Assembly: GCA_965205235.1 (NCBI GenBank)
Contig: CBDBGD010000007.1
Coordinates: forward strand, 258,587-322,586
Length of the DNA: 64,000 bases
From: Dehalococcoidia bacterium
Lineage (GTDB): Bacteria; Chloroflexota; Dehalococcoidia; Lucifugimonadales; UBA1127
Direction: 5' to 3'
The translations under genes and the position numbers were made by a program. The notes beneath the pieces are model-generated. The model saw only the letters and a program-made list of their open reading frames with translations. It did no database searches and was not told the origin of the DNA. Within the stretch, counting starts at the first letter, position 1. The number at the start of each line of letters is the position of its first letter. Below are positions 28,500-38,937 of the stretch, one piece after another.

Positions 28500-29210
28500 G
28501 TGCAGGAGCGCGAATCGTCCGCTTGTTTCGCACAGGTCGCCACGACCGACGATGACGGCGGACTGGAGAACTCAGACGACAAGAGTGTGGCACAAACGCT
28601 CCAACACGCCTGGGTGCCAGGGGATGCCCAGGCGCGTGCACTCATCGACATGGCCTTGGTACTGCTGGCAGACCATGAACTCAACGTCTCATCGTTCACT
28701 GCACGCTGCGTGGCCTCCGCTGGCGCTGCACCCCATGCGGTCGTGATGGCGGGGCTGGGGGCACTGCGAGGCTACCGGCATGGCGGTTCGTCGGAGCGCG
28801 TAGCGTCGATGCTCAGCGAAGCCACAGACCCAAACGATGCGCGCCGAATTGTTGAAGAGAAATTGAAGAAAGGTGAGACTGTCCCGGATTTTCATCACCC
28901 ACTATACCCACTCGGTGATCCTCGATGTACCGCACTCCTAGAACGGTTCGACAGTTGTTACCCAAGATCGCTGGAACTCGCTGTCACCCACGCATTCGTC
29001 GAGAGTATGAGCAAGTTGAGCAGTCTACGCCCCAACGTCGACCTCGCTCTTGCTGCCCTCAGCAACACCCTTGGACTTCCGACTGGTTCGGCTATAGGCA
29101 TTTTCGCCATCTCGCGCACTGTGGGCTGGATTGCCCAAGCGCTAGAACAATATGAACTCCAGACGCTCATTAGGCCGCGTGCCCGCTACACGGGTCTCAT
29201 GCCGCGCTAG
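28500..29210 (+). CDS. citrate synthase-family protein, C-terminal (catalytic) half only
   Basis: ADHELNVSSFTARCVASAGA, LRGYRHGGSSE, HHPLYPLGDPR, RPNVDLA, GWIAQALEQ...IRPRARYTG. An in-frame TAA lies 7 codons upstream, so the large N-terminal domain is absent. Confidence 0.55.
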   Translation: MQERESSACFAQVATTDDDGGLENSDDKSVAQTLQHAWVPGDAQARALIDMALVLLADHELNVSSFTARCVASAGAAPHAVVMAGLGALRGYRHGGSSERVASMLSEATDPNDARRIVEEKLKKGETVPDFHHPLYPLGDPRCTALLERFDSCYPRSLELAVTHAFVESMSKLSSLRPNVDLALAALSNTLGLPTGSAIGIFAISRTVGWIAQALEQYELQTLIRPRARYTGLMPR

Positions 29211-29519
29211 CCCGCTGAGAAGCCTTGGTCGGTGGTGACCAAATCCATTCCCGGGTAGGCGACTTGACCTCCTCCAAGGGCTCGGCAATTTGATGGGCGC
29301 AGGCGGTTCCCCAAGCCTAGCTACGGACCCCTTCCAGAGTCTCACAGCGCCTTAGCCACTACTCCGAGACTCGGAACATGACGAACCCAACGGTCACGTA
29401 GGCCACACGAAGAACCGCGTCAGTGCCCCCTTACGTCTTCTCTTGGAAATTGCCTGCCGCTAGGCTGGCCCTCATCCCAGTCGCAACAGTATGATTGATG
29501 TCGCTTAGGGCCTACAGTA

Positions 29520-30191
29520 ATGGGCAGCAAGGATCGACAAGATCCAGAATTGCAGCATGCCGTGGGGCTTGCGGTCCTGCAAAGGAGCAACGAATTGATA
29601 CCATCTGTACCGCGTCCACCGGACAGCTTCGAAACATCACGTCTACGCCTGCGTAGCCCTCAAATGGAAGATGCCCCGTCGATCTATTCGCGCTATGCTA
29701 GCGACCCGGAGGTCACCCGATACCTACCCTGGCGTCCACATAGGGACCTCGGAGAGACCCAAACCTTTCTCTCGCTCCTCTTGGATTCCGTGGGGAAAGG
29801 TGGGACCTGCGCCTGGGTGATTGAGAGCCGGAAAGACCACAAGCTCATGGGTCTTGCAACGATGAGCTTAGCCTCTGCAAGAGAGGGAGACCTCCTGAGT
29901 GCCGAGGAGGAAAGGCGACAATACTATAAGGTACTCATCGCTTACCATCTGGCCCGGTCTGAGTGGGGCCAGGGTTACGCGACCGAAGCAGCGCGGGCTC
30001 TCGTAGGCTGGGCGCTAGGTCAACCTCAAATCTTGAGAATCTGGACCGTTGTTGATGTTGACAATGCTGCGTCGGTGAGAGTCTTGGAGAAGCTCGGCAT
30101 GGTTCGAGAGGGTTTACTCAAGCGCTGGAGCATACACCCTAACGTAAACTCTGAGCCGCGAGACTTCTACTGCTACGCTCTCGTGAAATAG
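29520..30191 (+). CDS. GNAT family N-acetyltransferase (RimJ/RimL-like)
   Basis: TSRLRLRSPQMEDAPSIYSRYASDPEVTRYLPW...WGQGYATEAARAL...NAASVRVLEKLGM. Confidence 0.8.
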   Translation: MGSKDRQDPELQHAVGLAVLQRSNELIPSVPRPPDSFETSRLRLRSPQMEDAPSIYSRYASDPEVTRYLPWRPHRDLGETQTFLSLLLDSVGKGGTCAWVIESRKDHKLMGLATMSLASAREGDLLSAEEERRQYYKVLIAYHLARSEWGQGYATEAARALVGWALGQPQILRIWTVVDVDNAASVRVLEKLGMVREGLLKRWSIHPNVNSEPRDFYCYALVK

Positions 30192-30274
30192 CAAAGAGAT
30201 ATGCTTTTCTCTGGCCTCCTCTTGCAGTTTGTCTCGTCGGCCCCGTGGGTACCTTCTTGTCGTCAGAACGCCAA

Positions 30275-30781
30275 CTAGAGGCATCTGCGGAGACGGCCGG
30301 GGTAGTCGCCCACTGAATGCCCTAGGCGGTCGCGCTTAGTAGAGATCTCACCGATGTGGAAGTAGTGGTGAGCCGACATGCGGAGAATCGCATAGCGAAG
30401 AGTAATTCCTGAGGCCCTCAGGTATTCGAGAGACCCAGAATAGGGGATCAGGGTATCCATGGGAGGTGAACCTCCGAGGTAACTCTTCGCTGTGTCTCGG
30501 ACTTCCCCGACAGAACGAAGAATCAACCGCCACTCCCTCTCTGGAACCCCTTCTCCATTGAGCTTGAAACGCGGGTCTCCGATGATTGGGTGAGGTCGCT
30601 TCTCCGCAAACCGTACGTTCATCCAAGCATCGAGATGAGATGTAACGTGAGCCACTGCCCAGGCGATGGAGCTGCCCCCTTCAAGCGCACGGGTGGCGGT
30701 TGGAGCATCCAGTCCGTCAATGACGCGATCAAGGTCTGCCCAGGCCTCGTAGAGCAACCCGATTTGCTTGTCATTTGTCAT
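30275..30781 (-). CDS. DinB-family protein
   Basis: ATG 30781 gives MTNDKQ. A four-helix DinB pattern with His residues (HVTSHLDAW, HHYFHIGEI). Confidence 0.7.
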   Translation of the reverse strand: MTNDKQIGLLYEAWADLDRVIDGLDAPTATRALEGGSSIAWAVAHVTSHLDAWMNVRFAEKRPHPIIGDPRFKLNGEGVPEREWRLILRSVGEVRDTAKSYLGGSPPMDTLIPYSGSLEYLRASGITLRYAILRMSAHHYFHIGEISTKRDRLGHSVGDYPGRLRRCL

Positions 30782-30952
30782 TTCGGATGACCGTCTGCAA
30801 TGCACAAGGAGTACGCCATCGCATCTTAGCATAGGTGGCGAGTCTGCCACCGGGCTGGGGGGTGTTCCATCCGATAAGCTGTCTGCGTGGCAACAGGGAC
30901 TGCGAGGCTCTGCTACCATGGGGCTCAGCTTGATCGGAGGGTTCGGCGTCCC

Positions 30953-32032
30953 ATGAGGGTTGTGTCATTCGAGACGAGGGCTGTACGCATTCCCAGGGAG
31001 CCCGGACCGTCTGCACCGCGGGATGAGGCGCACTTCGTTACGCTCAAGCTGCGGACCGACGACGGGACCGAAGGCGTCTCCTACGCGGGATTCGCATCGC
31101 CGCTCTTGACGAAGGGACTGAAAGAGGTCGTCGATGCCGTAGCAGCGATCGTTGTGGGAAGCGATCCGCACCAGGCCGACACAACAATCGGGCGACTGCT
31201 CGAGGAGGTGGGTGAAGGGTCGCCGGCCGGTCTCGCAATGCGGGCAATATCGGCCGTCGATGTGGCCCTTTGGGACATCCGTGGGAAGGATCTCGGCATG
31301 CCGGTGTGGAAGCTCTTGGGAGCAAGCTCGGGAGTCGTGCCCACCTACGCGAGTGGATTCCTCTGGCGGCACTATGACCTGGATGCGCTGGCCGCGACTG
31401 CTGTAAGGCTCATATCGCAGGGGTTCCGTGCGATGAAGTTTCGCATGGGTGCAGAGGCAACCGCCGAAGCTGAACTGGCCCGTCTGCGAACGATGCGCGA
31501 GGCAGTCGGCGAGGACGTCGACCTGATGGTGGACATCAATCAGGGTTGGTCCGTGAGCAAGTCTATTGCGATTGGTCGAGAGCTGACGGAATATGGGGTC
31601 TTCTGGCTGGAGGACCCGACGCATTTTCAGGACTACGCGGGGCTCGCCCGCATCGCGGACGCGCTTGATACGCCTGTAGCAGCAGGAGAGTACCACTACG
31701 GAATTGAACCCTTCCGACACCTGCTGGAGGCCTGCTCCGTCGACATTGTCATGGTCGACCTGATGCGAGTGGGCGGAATCACCCAGTGGATGAAAGTTGC
31801 ACGCATGGCGGAGGCACACAACCTGCCCGTCGTGACGCATCTGGCCCCTGAGGTGCTGGGCCACGCTCTGGCGGCAGCACCCAACGGGCTGTACGTCGAG
31901 CACATGCCGTGGACGTTCCCATTGTTCGAGGAGGCGCCGCATATCAATGCTGAGGGTCGCCTGGTCATGCCTGATGCGCCCGGACTCGGACTCGTGTTCG
32001 ATGAGGCCCGACTGAAGGCAGGCGCGCTTTAG
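30953..32032 (+). CDS. enolase-superfamily enzyme (mandelate racemase/muconate lactonizing family)
   Basis: KFRMG, DLMVDINQGW, FWLEDP, AAGE, DIVMVDL. Confidence 0.85.
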   Translation: MRVVSFETRAVRIPREPGPSAPRDEAHFVTLKLRTDDGTEGVSYAGFASPLLTKGLKEVVDAVAAIVVGSDPHQADTTIGRLLEEVGEGSPAGLAMRAISAVDVALWDIRGKDLGMPVWKLLGASSGVVPTYASGFLWRHYDLDALAATAVRLISQGFRAMKFRMGAEATAEAELARLRTMREAVGEDVDLMVDINQGWSVSKSIAIGRELTEYGVFWLEDPTHFQDYAGLARIADALDTPVAAGEYHYGIEPFRHLLEACSVDIVMVDLMRVGGITQWMKVARMAEAHNLPVVTHLAPEVLGHALAAAPNGLYVEHMPWTFPLFEEAPHINAEGRLVMPDAPGLGLVFDEARLKAGAL

Positions 32033-32192
32033 CAGTACCGAGGGAACACGAGTGGCGGGTCTAGAGGTCCGCTCGACGTACAGTCGGGGAACACACGCGA
32101 CATAGAGCGTGGACCAACCCTTCTGAGGCGCCTTCCTCGGCGAGGAGCGAAGACAGCTCCGAGGCGAAGGTGGGAGCTCATGGTGGGGTCAC

Positions 32193-32942
32193 TCAGGGCT
32201 TGCTTAGGATATAGATGATGAAGTCTGGGACGCGCAGATTGTCGCTTACCACCGGGTACTGTCTGGCTTGCTCCTCGGTCGGCGTCGGCTCTCGGAGGCC
32301 CTCGACTGCGAACCCGACGTCCAAGAACACGCGAAAGTGTGTCGACAACGTCCGATGAAAATTGACCAAGAATCGGTCTTCTTCCAGAGGGATGGTGCGC
32401 TCACCCTCGTCGAAGTAGCGGTCCAGCGGATAGTGGAGCCTCCGGCCGCCCTGCTTGATCCAGCCGGGACTCGCCGAGGCCATCGGGTGGAGATTGCAGA
32501 CGACGAATCGCCCGCCGGGACGGAGCACTCGAAAGGCCTCACCCACCGCACGCCGCACGTTCGAGACGTCGACAAGCGTCACGTACGAGACAGCGATGTC
32601 GAACTCCGCGCTGGGCACGTCACTGAGGTCTTCCATGTCGCCGATGAGATAGGCTTCGCCGGCGATACGATGGCTCGTGGCGTACTCTATGAAGGGACGG
32701 CACAGGTCCACACCGGTCACCAGCGCACCACGCTCTGCGAGCATCCGGGAAAAGCGGCCCTCGCCGCAGCCGAGGTCGATCACCTTGCGATGTGCTACGT
32801 CTCCAACCGCGTGGAGCATCCACCCGTCGAGCATGCCCTCCCGGTGTGAGGTCGTGCCATCCTCGACTTGGCTGATCCAGTCTTCAGCCATCGCTTCCCA
32901 TTGGGCCTTCAGCTTGCTCTTCAACTTAGATTGGTCGTCCAC
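32193..32942 (-). CDS. class I SAM-dependent methyltransferase
   Basis: VIDLGCGEGRFS, DIAVSYVTL, LRPGGRFVV. Confidence 0.8.
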   Translation of the reverse strand: MDDQSKLKSKLKAQWEAMAEDWISQVEDGTTSHREGMLDGWMLHAVGDVAHRKVIDLGCGEGRFSRMLAERGALVTGVDLCRPFIEYATSHRIAGEAYLIGDMEDLSDVPSAEFDIAVSYVTLVDVSNVRRAVGEAFRVLRPGGRFVVCNLHPMASASPGWIKQGGRRLHYPLDRYFDEGERTIPLEEDRFLVNFHRTLSTHFRVFLDVGFAVEGLREPTPTEEQARQYPVVSDNLRVPDFIIYILSKP

Positions 32943-33305
32943 AAGGCCTCCTGTTCACGCTTCGGGGACTCAAGCAACTGATCGCCAATGCTATGGGTAG
33001 TTGGTTGTCGAAGCTAACACGATTGTCCTTGCAGCTTGGCAATGACCTCAACGAACGCCATGTTTGCTCTCCGGTATCCTACCCCAGATCTGGCACCTCA
33101 GACAGTTGCCCAAGAGAACGAATCCATGGAGACCTTGGGTGCAGGACCTCCTTCTAGGTCGTCGAATCCGAGACGATGACGCACCTTTCAGGATACCTGG
33201 CCTCGATCTGTTGAACGAGGAGCGAATGCCTTCTGGACTAGGTTCGTGAAGTGCCACTCTTCTGAACATTCGCCGAGAGAACGGTCGATCGCCTGCTAGC
33301 CGGGC

Positions 33306-33950
33306 CTACTCCCGACCCAACTCGAACCAGTCTCCTGGGAGCTTCGGCACAGGCCAGCTTGGGTCGGGCCGCCAGTTCTCCCATCCGGCGGAGAATGGCG
33401 GTCCGCTGCTCTGGATCGTTCGGATCATTCGGGATGCCTCTGCTCGTATCGACGAGACCTGATCGACATCGAAGAAGCCTCTGTCGACGAGCTCCTCGAA
33501 TTCCTCCCCGTCCTTCCATGCCCACGACATGTCCGGGCCCACAACGATGTCGAGCACACAATCATGAAGTTGGATTCCTTGACGGACGAGTCGGAGCGGC
33601 GACTGGAGATTGACGTACCAGGTCTTGAACTCCCACTGCGACGACCAGAACAACATTATCGAATGCCAGGAGCCATAGGGAGTCAGAGTCAGGACATGAT
33701 TCTCCGGTGATGTCACTTCGTTGAACTCTCCCAGACAGGGGTCAAGCATTCGAATCATTATTTCAATCCGCTCGGACAATCCGAGCGCTCTGCGGTTCTC
33801 AACCCCACGTGTGACTATCGGAGTGGCAGGGTGAGAGTACAGAGCGATGTGCGTCGACGCGTCTTCAACGACCGACACGGGCCGGGCAGTACCAATGCCC
33901 TGCCCCCACATTTCGTATTGAACTATCTGATCCCCAGGTTTCCAGTGCAT
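33306..33950 (-). CDS. DUF402 domain protein (FomD-like nucleoside diphosphatase family)
   Basis: WYVNLQSP...D..LDIVV pattern and the right size. Confidence 0.6.
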   Translation of the reverse strand: MHWKPGDQIVQYEMWGQGIGTARPVSVVEDASTHIALYSHPATPIVTRGVENRRALGLSERIEIMIRMLDPCLGEFNEVTSPENHVLTLTPYGSWHSIMLFWSSQWEFKTWYVNLQSPLRLVRQGIQLHDCVLDIVVGPDMSWAWKDGEEFEELVDRGFFDVDQVSSIRAEASRMIRTIQSSGPPFSAGWENWRPDPSWPVPKLPGDWFELGRE

Positions 33951-33960
33951 GGTACCCTAG

Positions 33961-34602
33961 CTATCTCGAGCCTCCCAGGTGTCTTGTCTGATTCCAGAGG
34001 GTGACTAACGCCGACCCCTCGTCGAGCCTTATGATTGACAGGCTCGCAGGACACGGAGGTTCAAGTTTCCAGAAACATTGAGAACCTCGCTCGAGCAGTT
34101 CGGACGCCAGCAATCGTAGCGCCCAGTTGTGGCCCACGACAAGAATGCAGTCTCCATTTCCGCATGCCATAAGTTCCGAGGCTACCCTTCGCTGACGTAG
34201 GAGCACCTGGCGGATGCTCTCGCCTTTGGGTGGAGCGTAGTCCAATGCCGCTGCCCCATCGTCAGAAGTCAACGCCATACGTGGATCGGCCGCCAATGCA
34301 GCTGCAATTGACCATCCTTCGTAGATGCCGTTTGAGATCTCACGCAGACCCCTGCGGACTTCGAGCAAAACGGGGTGGTCTGCAAGGATGGTCTGAGCTG
34401 TCTCGAGTGCACGCGAAAGATCACTCGTGTAGGCGGCATCGAACCGGACCTGAGCCAGATGCCGCGCGACTTCTTCAGCTTGTCGTCGACCCTTCGATGA
34501 CAGCGGAACGTCGGTCTGACCTTGGAGTCGCTTGGCTGCGGTCCATTCCGTATCCCCGTGGCGAACCAGGTAGAGCTGCTTGGTCACGCTAGCCAGCCTC
34601 AC
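33961..34602 (-). CDS. histidine phosphatase family protein
   Basis: LYLVRHGDTEW (RHG motif), and a later VVGHNWALR. Confidence 0.85.
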   Translation of the reverse strand: MRLASVTKQLYLVRHGDTEWTAAKRLQGQTDVPLSSKGRRQAEEVARHLAQVRFDAAYTSDLSRALETAQTILADHPVLLEVRRGLREISNGIYEGWSIAAALAADPRMALTSDDGAAALDYAPPKGESIRQVLLRQRRVASELMACGNGDCILVVGHNWALRLLASELLERGSQCFWKLEPPCPASLSIIRLDEGSALVTLWNQTRHLGGSR

Positions 34603-35176
34603 GGTCCGATTTGGGGCAATCGACCATCCTCAGTCCAACGGCAGTGTCCAGGAACACATGCTGTCCCATGTTCAGAGACAGGCTTTGCACATCAGCAAGC
34701 AGTAGGAACTCGGAGCCTATCTCATAGCCATCCACCTCCTTCATTTCCGGGTGGTACTCACCTGCACTGCCTGCGTACACGATCTGGATAAAGTCAGGGT
34801 ACGGGTAGCTCCAGCCCTCCGGCATGGGGTCGATGTGGGTGTAGTGCAGTATCCCGATTGGACGGAAACACTCCAGGCTCCATCCGGTCTCCTCAAGCAC
34901 CTCCCGTCGCAGCGCGTCTTCGGGCCCCTCATGGGCTTGGAGTCTGCCACCAGGCAAGATGTGTCGGTTGCTCGGGTCGCGAACGACGAGCACTCTGTCC
35001 CCGTTGATCACCACTGCCCGTGCGGATGTCATGTGTGTGCGGGGAGGCGTTCTCTCAGTCAGATAACACGCCAAGCGCAGGTTGATAGGGGGCCAGGCAA
35101 CCACTTCCTCAGCGAAGGGAGTCAGCTGCCTCAGGAAAGCGGCAAGGTCGTCGTCCATGTGTTGAATCTTCACCAC
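34589..35176 (-). CDS. NUDIX hydrolase
   Basis: Nudix box GGRLQAHEGPEDALRREVLEETG. Confidence 0.85.
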   Translation of the reverse strand: MVKIQHMDDDLAAFLRQLTPFAEEVVAWPPINLRLACYLTERTPPRTHMTSARAVVINGDRVLVVRDPSNRHILPGGRLQAHEGPEDALRREVLEETGWSLECFRPIGILHYTHIDPMPEGWSYPYPDFIQIVYAGSAGEYHPEMKEVDGYEIGSEFLLLADVQSLSLNMGQHVFLDTAVGLRMVDCPKSDREAG

Positions 35177-35266
35177 TCAGCTCTCGGAACACCGCATCCA
35201 CAACCTCCGGCGTGCAGAACGGTTGGCGTTTCTCCATCCAGCTTTGCGATGCAGTATAGTCTCCCC

Positions 35267-36046
35267 ATGGGCCACGTGCGAGCACTGCTTACCGTTAGTG
35301 CACTCCAGTGGAAGATCATCTTCGGGAAACGCGACTACATTCCGGTCATGATCCTGTCGATCCCGATGGTCGCGCTGTTAGCCTGGGTAGCTCGGGTGGG
35401 TGACAAGCCGGAGGTCCTGGCCTACATCTCAGTCGGCGCAGGGTTGCTCACGCTCTGGAACGGTCTCATCCAGCGCATGGGATGGCTGGTGAATTCCGAG
35501 GTCTTCGATGGGACGCTGGACCTCAATCTTCTGTCCAGAACGCCTCTCATCCTCGTCATGCTGGGCAAAGCCGTCGGTCTGGCCGCGGTCAGCGCCCTCA
35601 GCGCTGTCGCTGCCTTCCTGACAGTCGTAGCGGTGGCCCGACACTCCATCGACGTGGCCAGCCTACCGCTGCTCCTGGCCTCCCTGTTTGTGGCCCTACT
35701 TTCCCTCGTCTCCTGCGGTTTCATCTTCTCCCCAATCTACGTCCTCGTGGGCGGCAGACCAGGATTCTTCAATGCCATCACCCCGCTGGGCGTACTCCTC
35801 AGCGGCTTTCTCCATCCGACATCCCTGCTGCCTGCGAGCTTGGAACTGCTGGCCAGGCTCCTTCCGACCTCCTGGGCTATACACGCGGTGATTGGGGCTG
35901 TCCGTGGGGGCTCATCGACATGGGACCTGGCGCAGGACTGGCTGGTCGCACTTGCTCTCACGGTGGCGTACGTGGGGCTGGCCTACATCCTGTTCAGGGT
36001 CGTTGAGCACCGGGTGCGAGTCACCGGCGTTCTGGGGAGGCACTAG
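35267..36046 (+). CDS. ABC-2 type transporter permease (paralog of 40736-41515)
   Basis: Six hydrophobic helices. It aligns along its length with the 40736-41515 product (e.g. LILVMLGKAVGL / LAVVMLGKVLAI, LLPTSWAIHAV / VFPTSWAMQAV). Confidence 0.75.
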   Translation: MGHVRALLTVSALQWKIIFGKRDYIPVMILSIPMVALLAWVARVGDKPEVLAYISVGAGLLTLWNGLIQRMGWLVNSEVFDGTLDLNLLSRTPLILVMLGKAVGLAAVSALSAVAAFLTVVAVARHSIDVASLPLLLASLFVALLSLVSCGFIFSPIYVLVGGRPGFFNAITPLGVLLSGFLHPTSLLPASLELLARLLPTSWAIHAVIGAVRGGSSTWDLAQDWLVALALTVAYVGLAYILFRVVEHRVRVTGVLGRH

Positions 36047-36840
36047 TGGCAGGCGCCCTGCACAACTTCTTCCTCCAGTCTCTCCTGTCCTACAGGGGCC
36101 TCTTCATGTGGTTGAACCCCATGGGGTACGTCTCCAATGTCGTCTTCCGGCCGATGCTCTTCGTCGCCATCTTCGGATTGGTGGGCCGCTATGCCCAGAA
36201 TATCGAGGCTGCTGAGGCCTACATCATCGGCATGAGCGCCTACTCGATCCCGCTCATCCTGCAGGGAGGAATCATCCAGTCGATGGCCTACGACCGAGGA
36301 TTCGGCACCCTATCCGTCAACTTCGTTTCGGCGGGGAACCGGCTTGCACTTTTCCTGAGCCGAGGGGTCATGCATCTGCCCAACGGCATCTTCAGCTTTC
36401 TGAGCTCCCTATTAGCGGCATGGTTAATCCTGGGCATGACGTTTGAAGGAGCAAACTGGATCGTAGTAATGGAGTCAGCCCTGGTGGTCACTCTCTCGTG
36501 CGGGGCCTTCGCCCTGTTTGTGGGCACCCTTGCGATTGCGTTCCGCGACTTTTTCACCATTGGTCCAGCTACCAATGGGCTGATTCTAGGACTGACTGGC
36601 GTGATTCTTCCCATCGAGCTCCTTCCGGGAGGCCTGAGCCTGGTGGGTCAGGTGCTGCCGCTGTCCCATGGGCTGGAAGCCCTCAGAGCGGGATTCGCAG
36701 GCTCTAGCACCGGAGTAGGAGACCACCTTCTCATCGAGGCGGCTGTGGGAATCGCCTACGTAACCGCTGGCTACGCCATGTTCCGAGCTTCGGAGTGGTG
36801 GCTGAGACGCCGCGGGACTCTGGAAGGGGCATTGGGCTAG
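36046..36840 (+). CDS. ABC-2 type transporter permease (paralog of 39938-40735)
   Basis: The GTG start overlaps the previous stop by 1 nt. It aligns with the 39938-40735 product. Confidence 0.75.
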   Translation: MAGALHNFFLQSLLSYRGLFMWLNPMGYVSNVVFRPMLFVAIFGLVGRYAQNIEAAEAYIIGMSAYSIPLILQGGIIQSMAYDRGFGTLSVNFVSAGNRLALFLSRGVMHLPNGIFSFLSSLLAAWLILGMTFEGANWIVVMESALVVTLSCGAFALFVGTLAIAFRDFFTIGPATNGLILGLTGVILPIELLPGGLSLVGQVLPLSHGLEALRAGFAGSSTGVGDHLLIEAAVGIAYVTAGYAMFRASEWWLRRRGTLEGALG

Positions 36841-38009
36841 CTGTTCAAAGAGAAGCTCGTGCGCCCTGGGTGCCGACCGCCTGCTTCCCACTCCTGGCGC
36901 AGCACGCTGTAGCGGACCACATCGATCCGAGGGTAACCGGGCCGTGGGTCCTTGCGGCAGCTTCGCAGCACTCCCTCTCGGGCCATGCCCAGCTTCTCCA
37001 TGACTCTCCAGGAGCGCCGGTTACGGAGGTCAGTGTCAGACCCAATCCTCTGGAGACCTAGCTCCTCAAACCCCCAATCAACCACGGCACGAGCGGCCTC
37101 TGCCATAAGGCCTCGGCCCCAATGCGGCCTCGCCAGAGCGTAGTGGACCTCTCCTGTCTCTTCTTTCGGGTCGACGGTCAGAATAATGCCCCCTATGCCG
37201 GCGCCATCCAGCACTATCGCCCATGAGAACTCCGTTCCCGGCGCAATCATCCTGCCGGCGACGAACTCCTCCGCTTTCCGCCGAGTGTATGGCTGGGGAA
37301 CAGCATCGAGAAGGTACTCCGTCCACTCAGGGTCCCTGGCGTACTGGAACACGTCGTCCACGTCCCCTGGGCCAAACGGGCGCAGGGTTAGCCGAGCGGT
37401 GGTGAGCCGGGGGAGGTCATCGCGATGGGTCGTGCGGTACTGCTGAAGGGGAGGTGGGGAGACGGACGACAGCGGTCCGGCAGGCCCGCTCCACTCATCC
37501 CTCAGCACGGAATAGGTGGCCTCATCCCAACGTTCACCCCGCAGGAATTCGGCACTTCGGTTCGTCCCCTCGTACGTCATTCCCAGCTTTTCCATCACCC
37601 GTAGGGAACGCGTGTTCCGAGTGTCGGCGCGGGCGTAGACCTTCGCGAGCCCGTATTCGCGGAAGCCCCAATCGATAACCGCGACCGCCGCCTCAGCGGC
37701 AATCCCCTGTCCCCACTGCGGTCTGGCCAGGTCGAAGCCCAGCTCGGCTGCTTGGTGCTCAGGGTCGACGGTCAGGTCGACGAGGCCTACTAAGCGGTCC
37801 TTGAGGACGATAGCGAACTTGGCGTTACGGTCCCACGACTCGAGCACCGCCCGCGCCACCATGTGTTCAGTAGCCCCGCGACCGTATGGACGCGGGTAGA
37901 ACTCGGCCCACAGTGGGTCGCTCGCGTACTCGAGCACCTCATCGACGTCGGATAGCCTGAAGGGCCTGAGCACCAGTCGCTCCGTCCTCAGCTCGGTTGG
38001 AGTGGTCAC
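36837..38009 (-). CDS. tandem double GNAT N-acetyltransferase
   Basis: Two RimJ-like halves, each with a TERLVLRPF / TARLTLRPF start and a Q/RGxG-type acetyl-CoA loop (WGQGIAAEAA, WGRGLMAEAA). Confidence 0.85.
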   Translation of the reverse strand: MTTPTELRTERLVLRPFRLSDVDEVLEYASDPLWAEFYPRPYGRGATEHMVARAVLESWDRNAKFAIVLKDRLVGLVDLTVDPEHQAAELGFDLARPQWGQGIAAEAAVAVIDWGFREYGLAKVYARADTRNTRSLRVMEKLGMTYEGTNRSAEFLRGERWDEATYSVLRDEWSGPAGPLSSVSPPPLQQYRTTHRDDLPRLTTARLTLRPFGPGDVDDVFQYARDPEWTEYLLDAVPQPYTRRKAEEFVAGRMIAPGTEFSWAIVLDGAGIGGIILTVDPKEETGEVHYALARPHWGRGLMAEAARAVVDWGFEELGLQRIGSDTDLRNRRSWRVMEKLGMAREGVLRSCRKDPRPGYPRIDVVRYSVLRQEWEAGGRHPGRTSFSLNS

Positions 38010-38854
38010 TGTTGGTGCTCCTGTTTGGTAGCCACAACCACAAAGTGAGTGGAGACTCCTAGCAGAGTCCTTTCCTGCTCTACAAGACGAATCAGGTCGA
38101 GTAGCTGGGCTCTCTTCGCTGGATTCGACATGCGCCCTTCAAGGTCGGTGGCAAGCTGTCCTGGTCCCTGCACTGAGCAGAGGTATCGACAGTCAAATCC
38201 TGCCTCAAGCACCTCGGACTTGAGTTCCTCCGGCATGTGGAAGAACGCCGTTGTGAAGTAGCGGAGGCCATCGGGGGAACTGCGGTGCTGCCCGTCCTCT
38301 AGATCCCGACGCAGTATGGAGACGAAGGTAGGGTCATCGATATAGCCTCTGGCGAGACCGTTGAGCAGCGAGGCGAACCGGTTGATCGCTTTGGCAATCA
38401 GCAGACCGCCGGGCTTCAGCACTCTGTGAGCCTCACGTAGGGCTGTCAGCCGCTGTTCTCCGGTAGTCAGGTGATAGAGAGGCCCCATCAAGAGCACGGC
38501 ATTAGCGCTGTTGTCTCCGTGGTTGATCGAGAGTGCATCGCCCCGGGTCACGCTCGCCAAAGGGTGAAGGGGCTGCGACTCAGAAGCTTCACATGCTTGC
38601 TTAACGTGCTTCTCCACGGGGTCACTGAGATGGACCTCGTAGCCATTCTCAGCAAGCCAGCACGAATACTTGCCGGGGCCCCCTCCTACGTCAAGTACCA
38701 CTCCCGGCGGTGAAGGCAAGAAGCGTTGGATGAGCTCGCGCATGCGAGCAGACTCCAACAACCCACTGCCCCGTTCAAGCCGGTTTCCCTCGTCGAATCT
38801 GTCGTAGTACGTGAGCATTTGACTCTGGTCCAGTGCAGTCCTCCGTCCCGCCAT
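38006..38854 (-). CDS. class I SAM-dependent methyltransferase
   Basis: VLDVGGGPGKYS. ATG 38854 has GGGAGGGA upstream. Confidence 0.8.
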   Translation of the reverse strand: MAGRRTALDQSQMLTYYDRFDEGNRLERGSGLLESARMRELIQRFLPSPPGVVLDVGGGPGKYSCWLAENGYEVHLSDPVEKHVKQACEASESQPLHPLASVTRGDALSINHGDNSANAVLLMGPLYHLTTGEQRLTALREAHRVLKPGGLLIAKAINRFASLLNGLARGYIDDPTFVSILRRDLEDGQHRSSPDGLRYFTTAFFHMPEELKSEVLEAGFDCRYLCSVQGPGQLATDLEGRMSNPAKRAQLLDLIRLVEQERTLLGVSTHFVVVATKQEHQQ

Positions 38855-38937
38855 GACTAACTGTCCCTCCCTATTCCGGCACGTAGGTTTCGGGGAGAGG
38901 TGGTCGCCGTTGTTCACGAATGTTCCGAGCATTGCCG

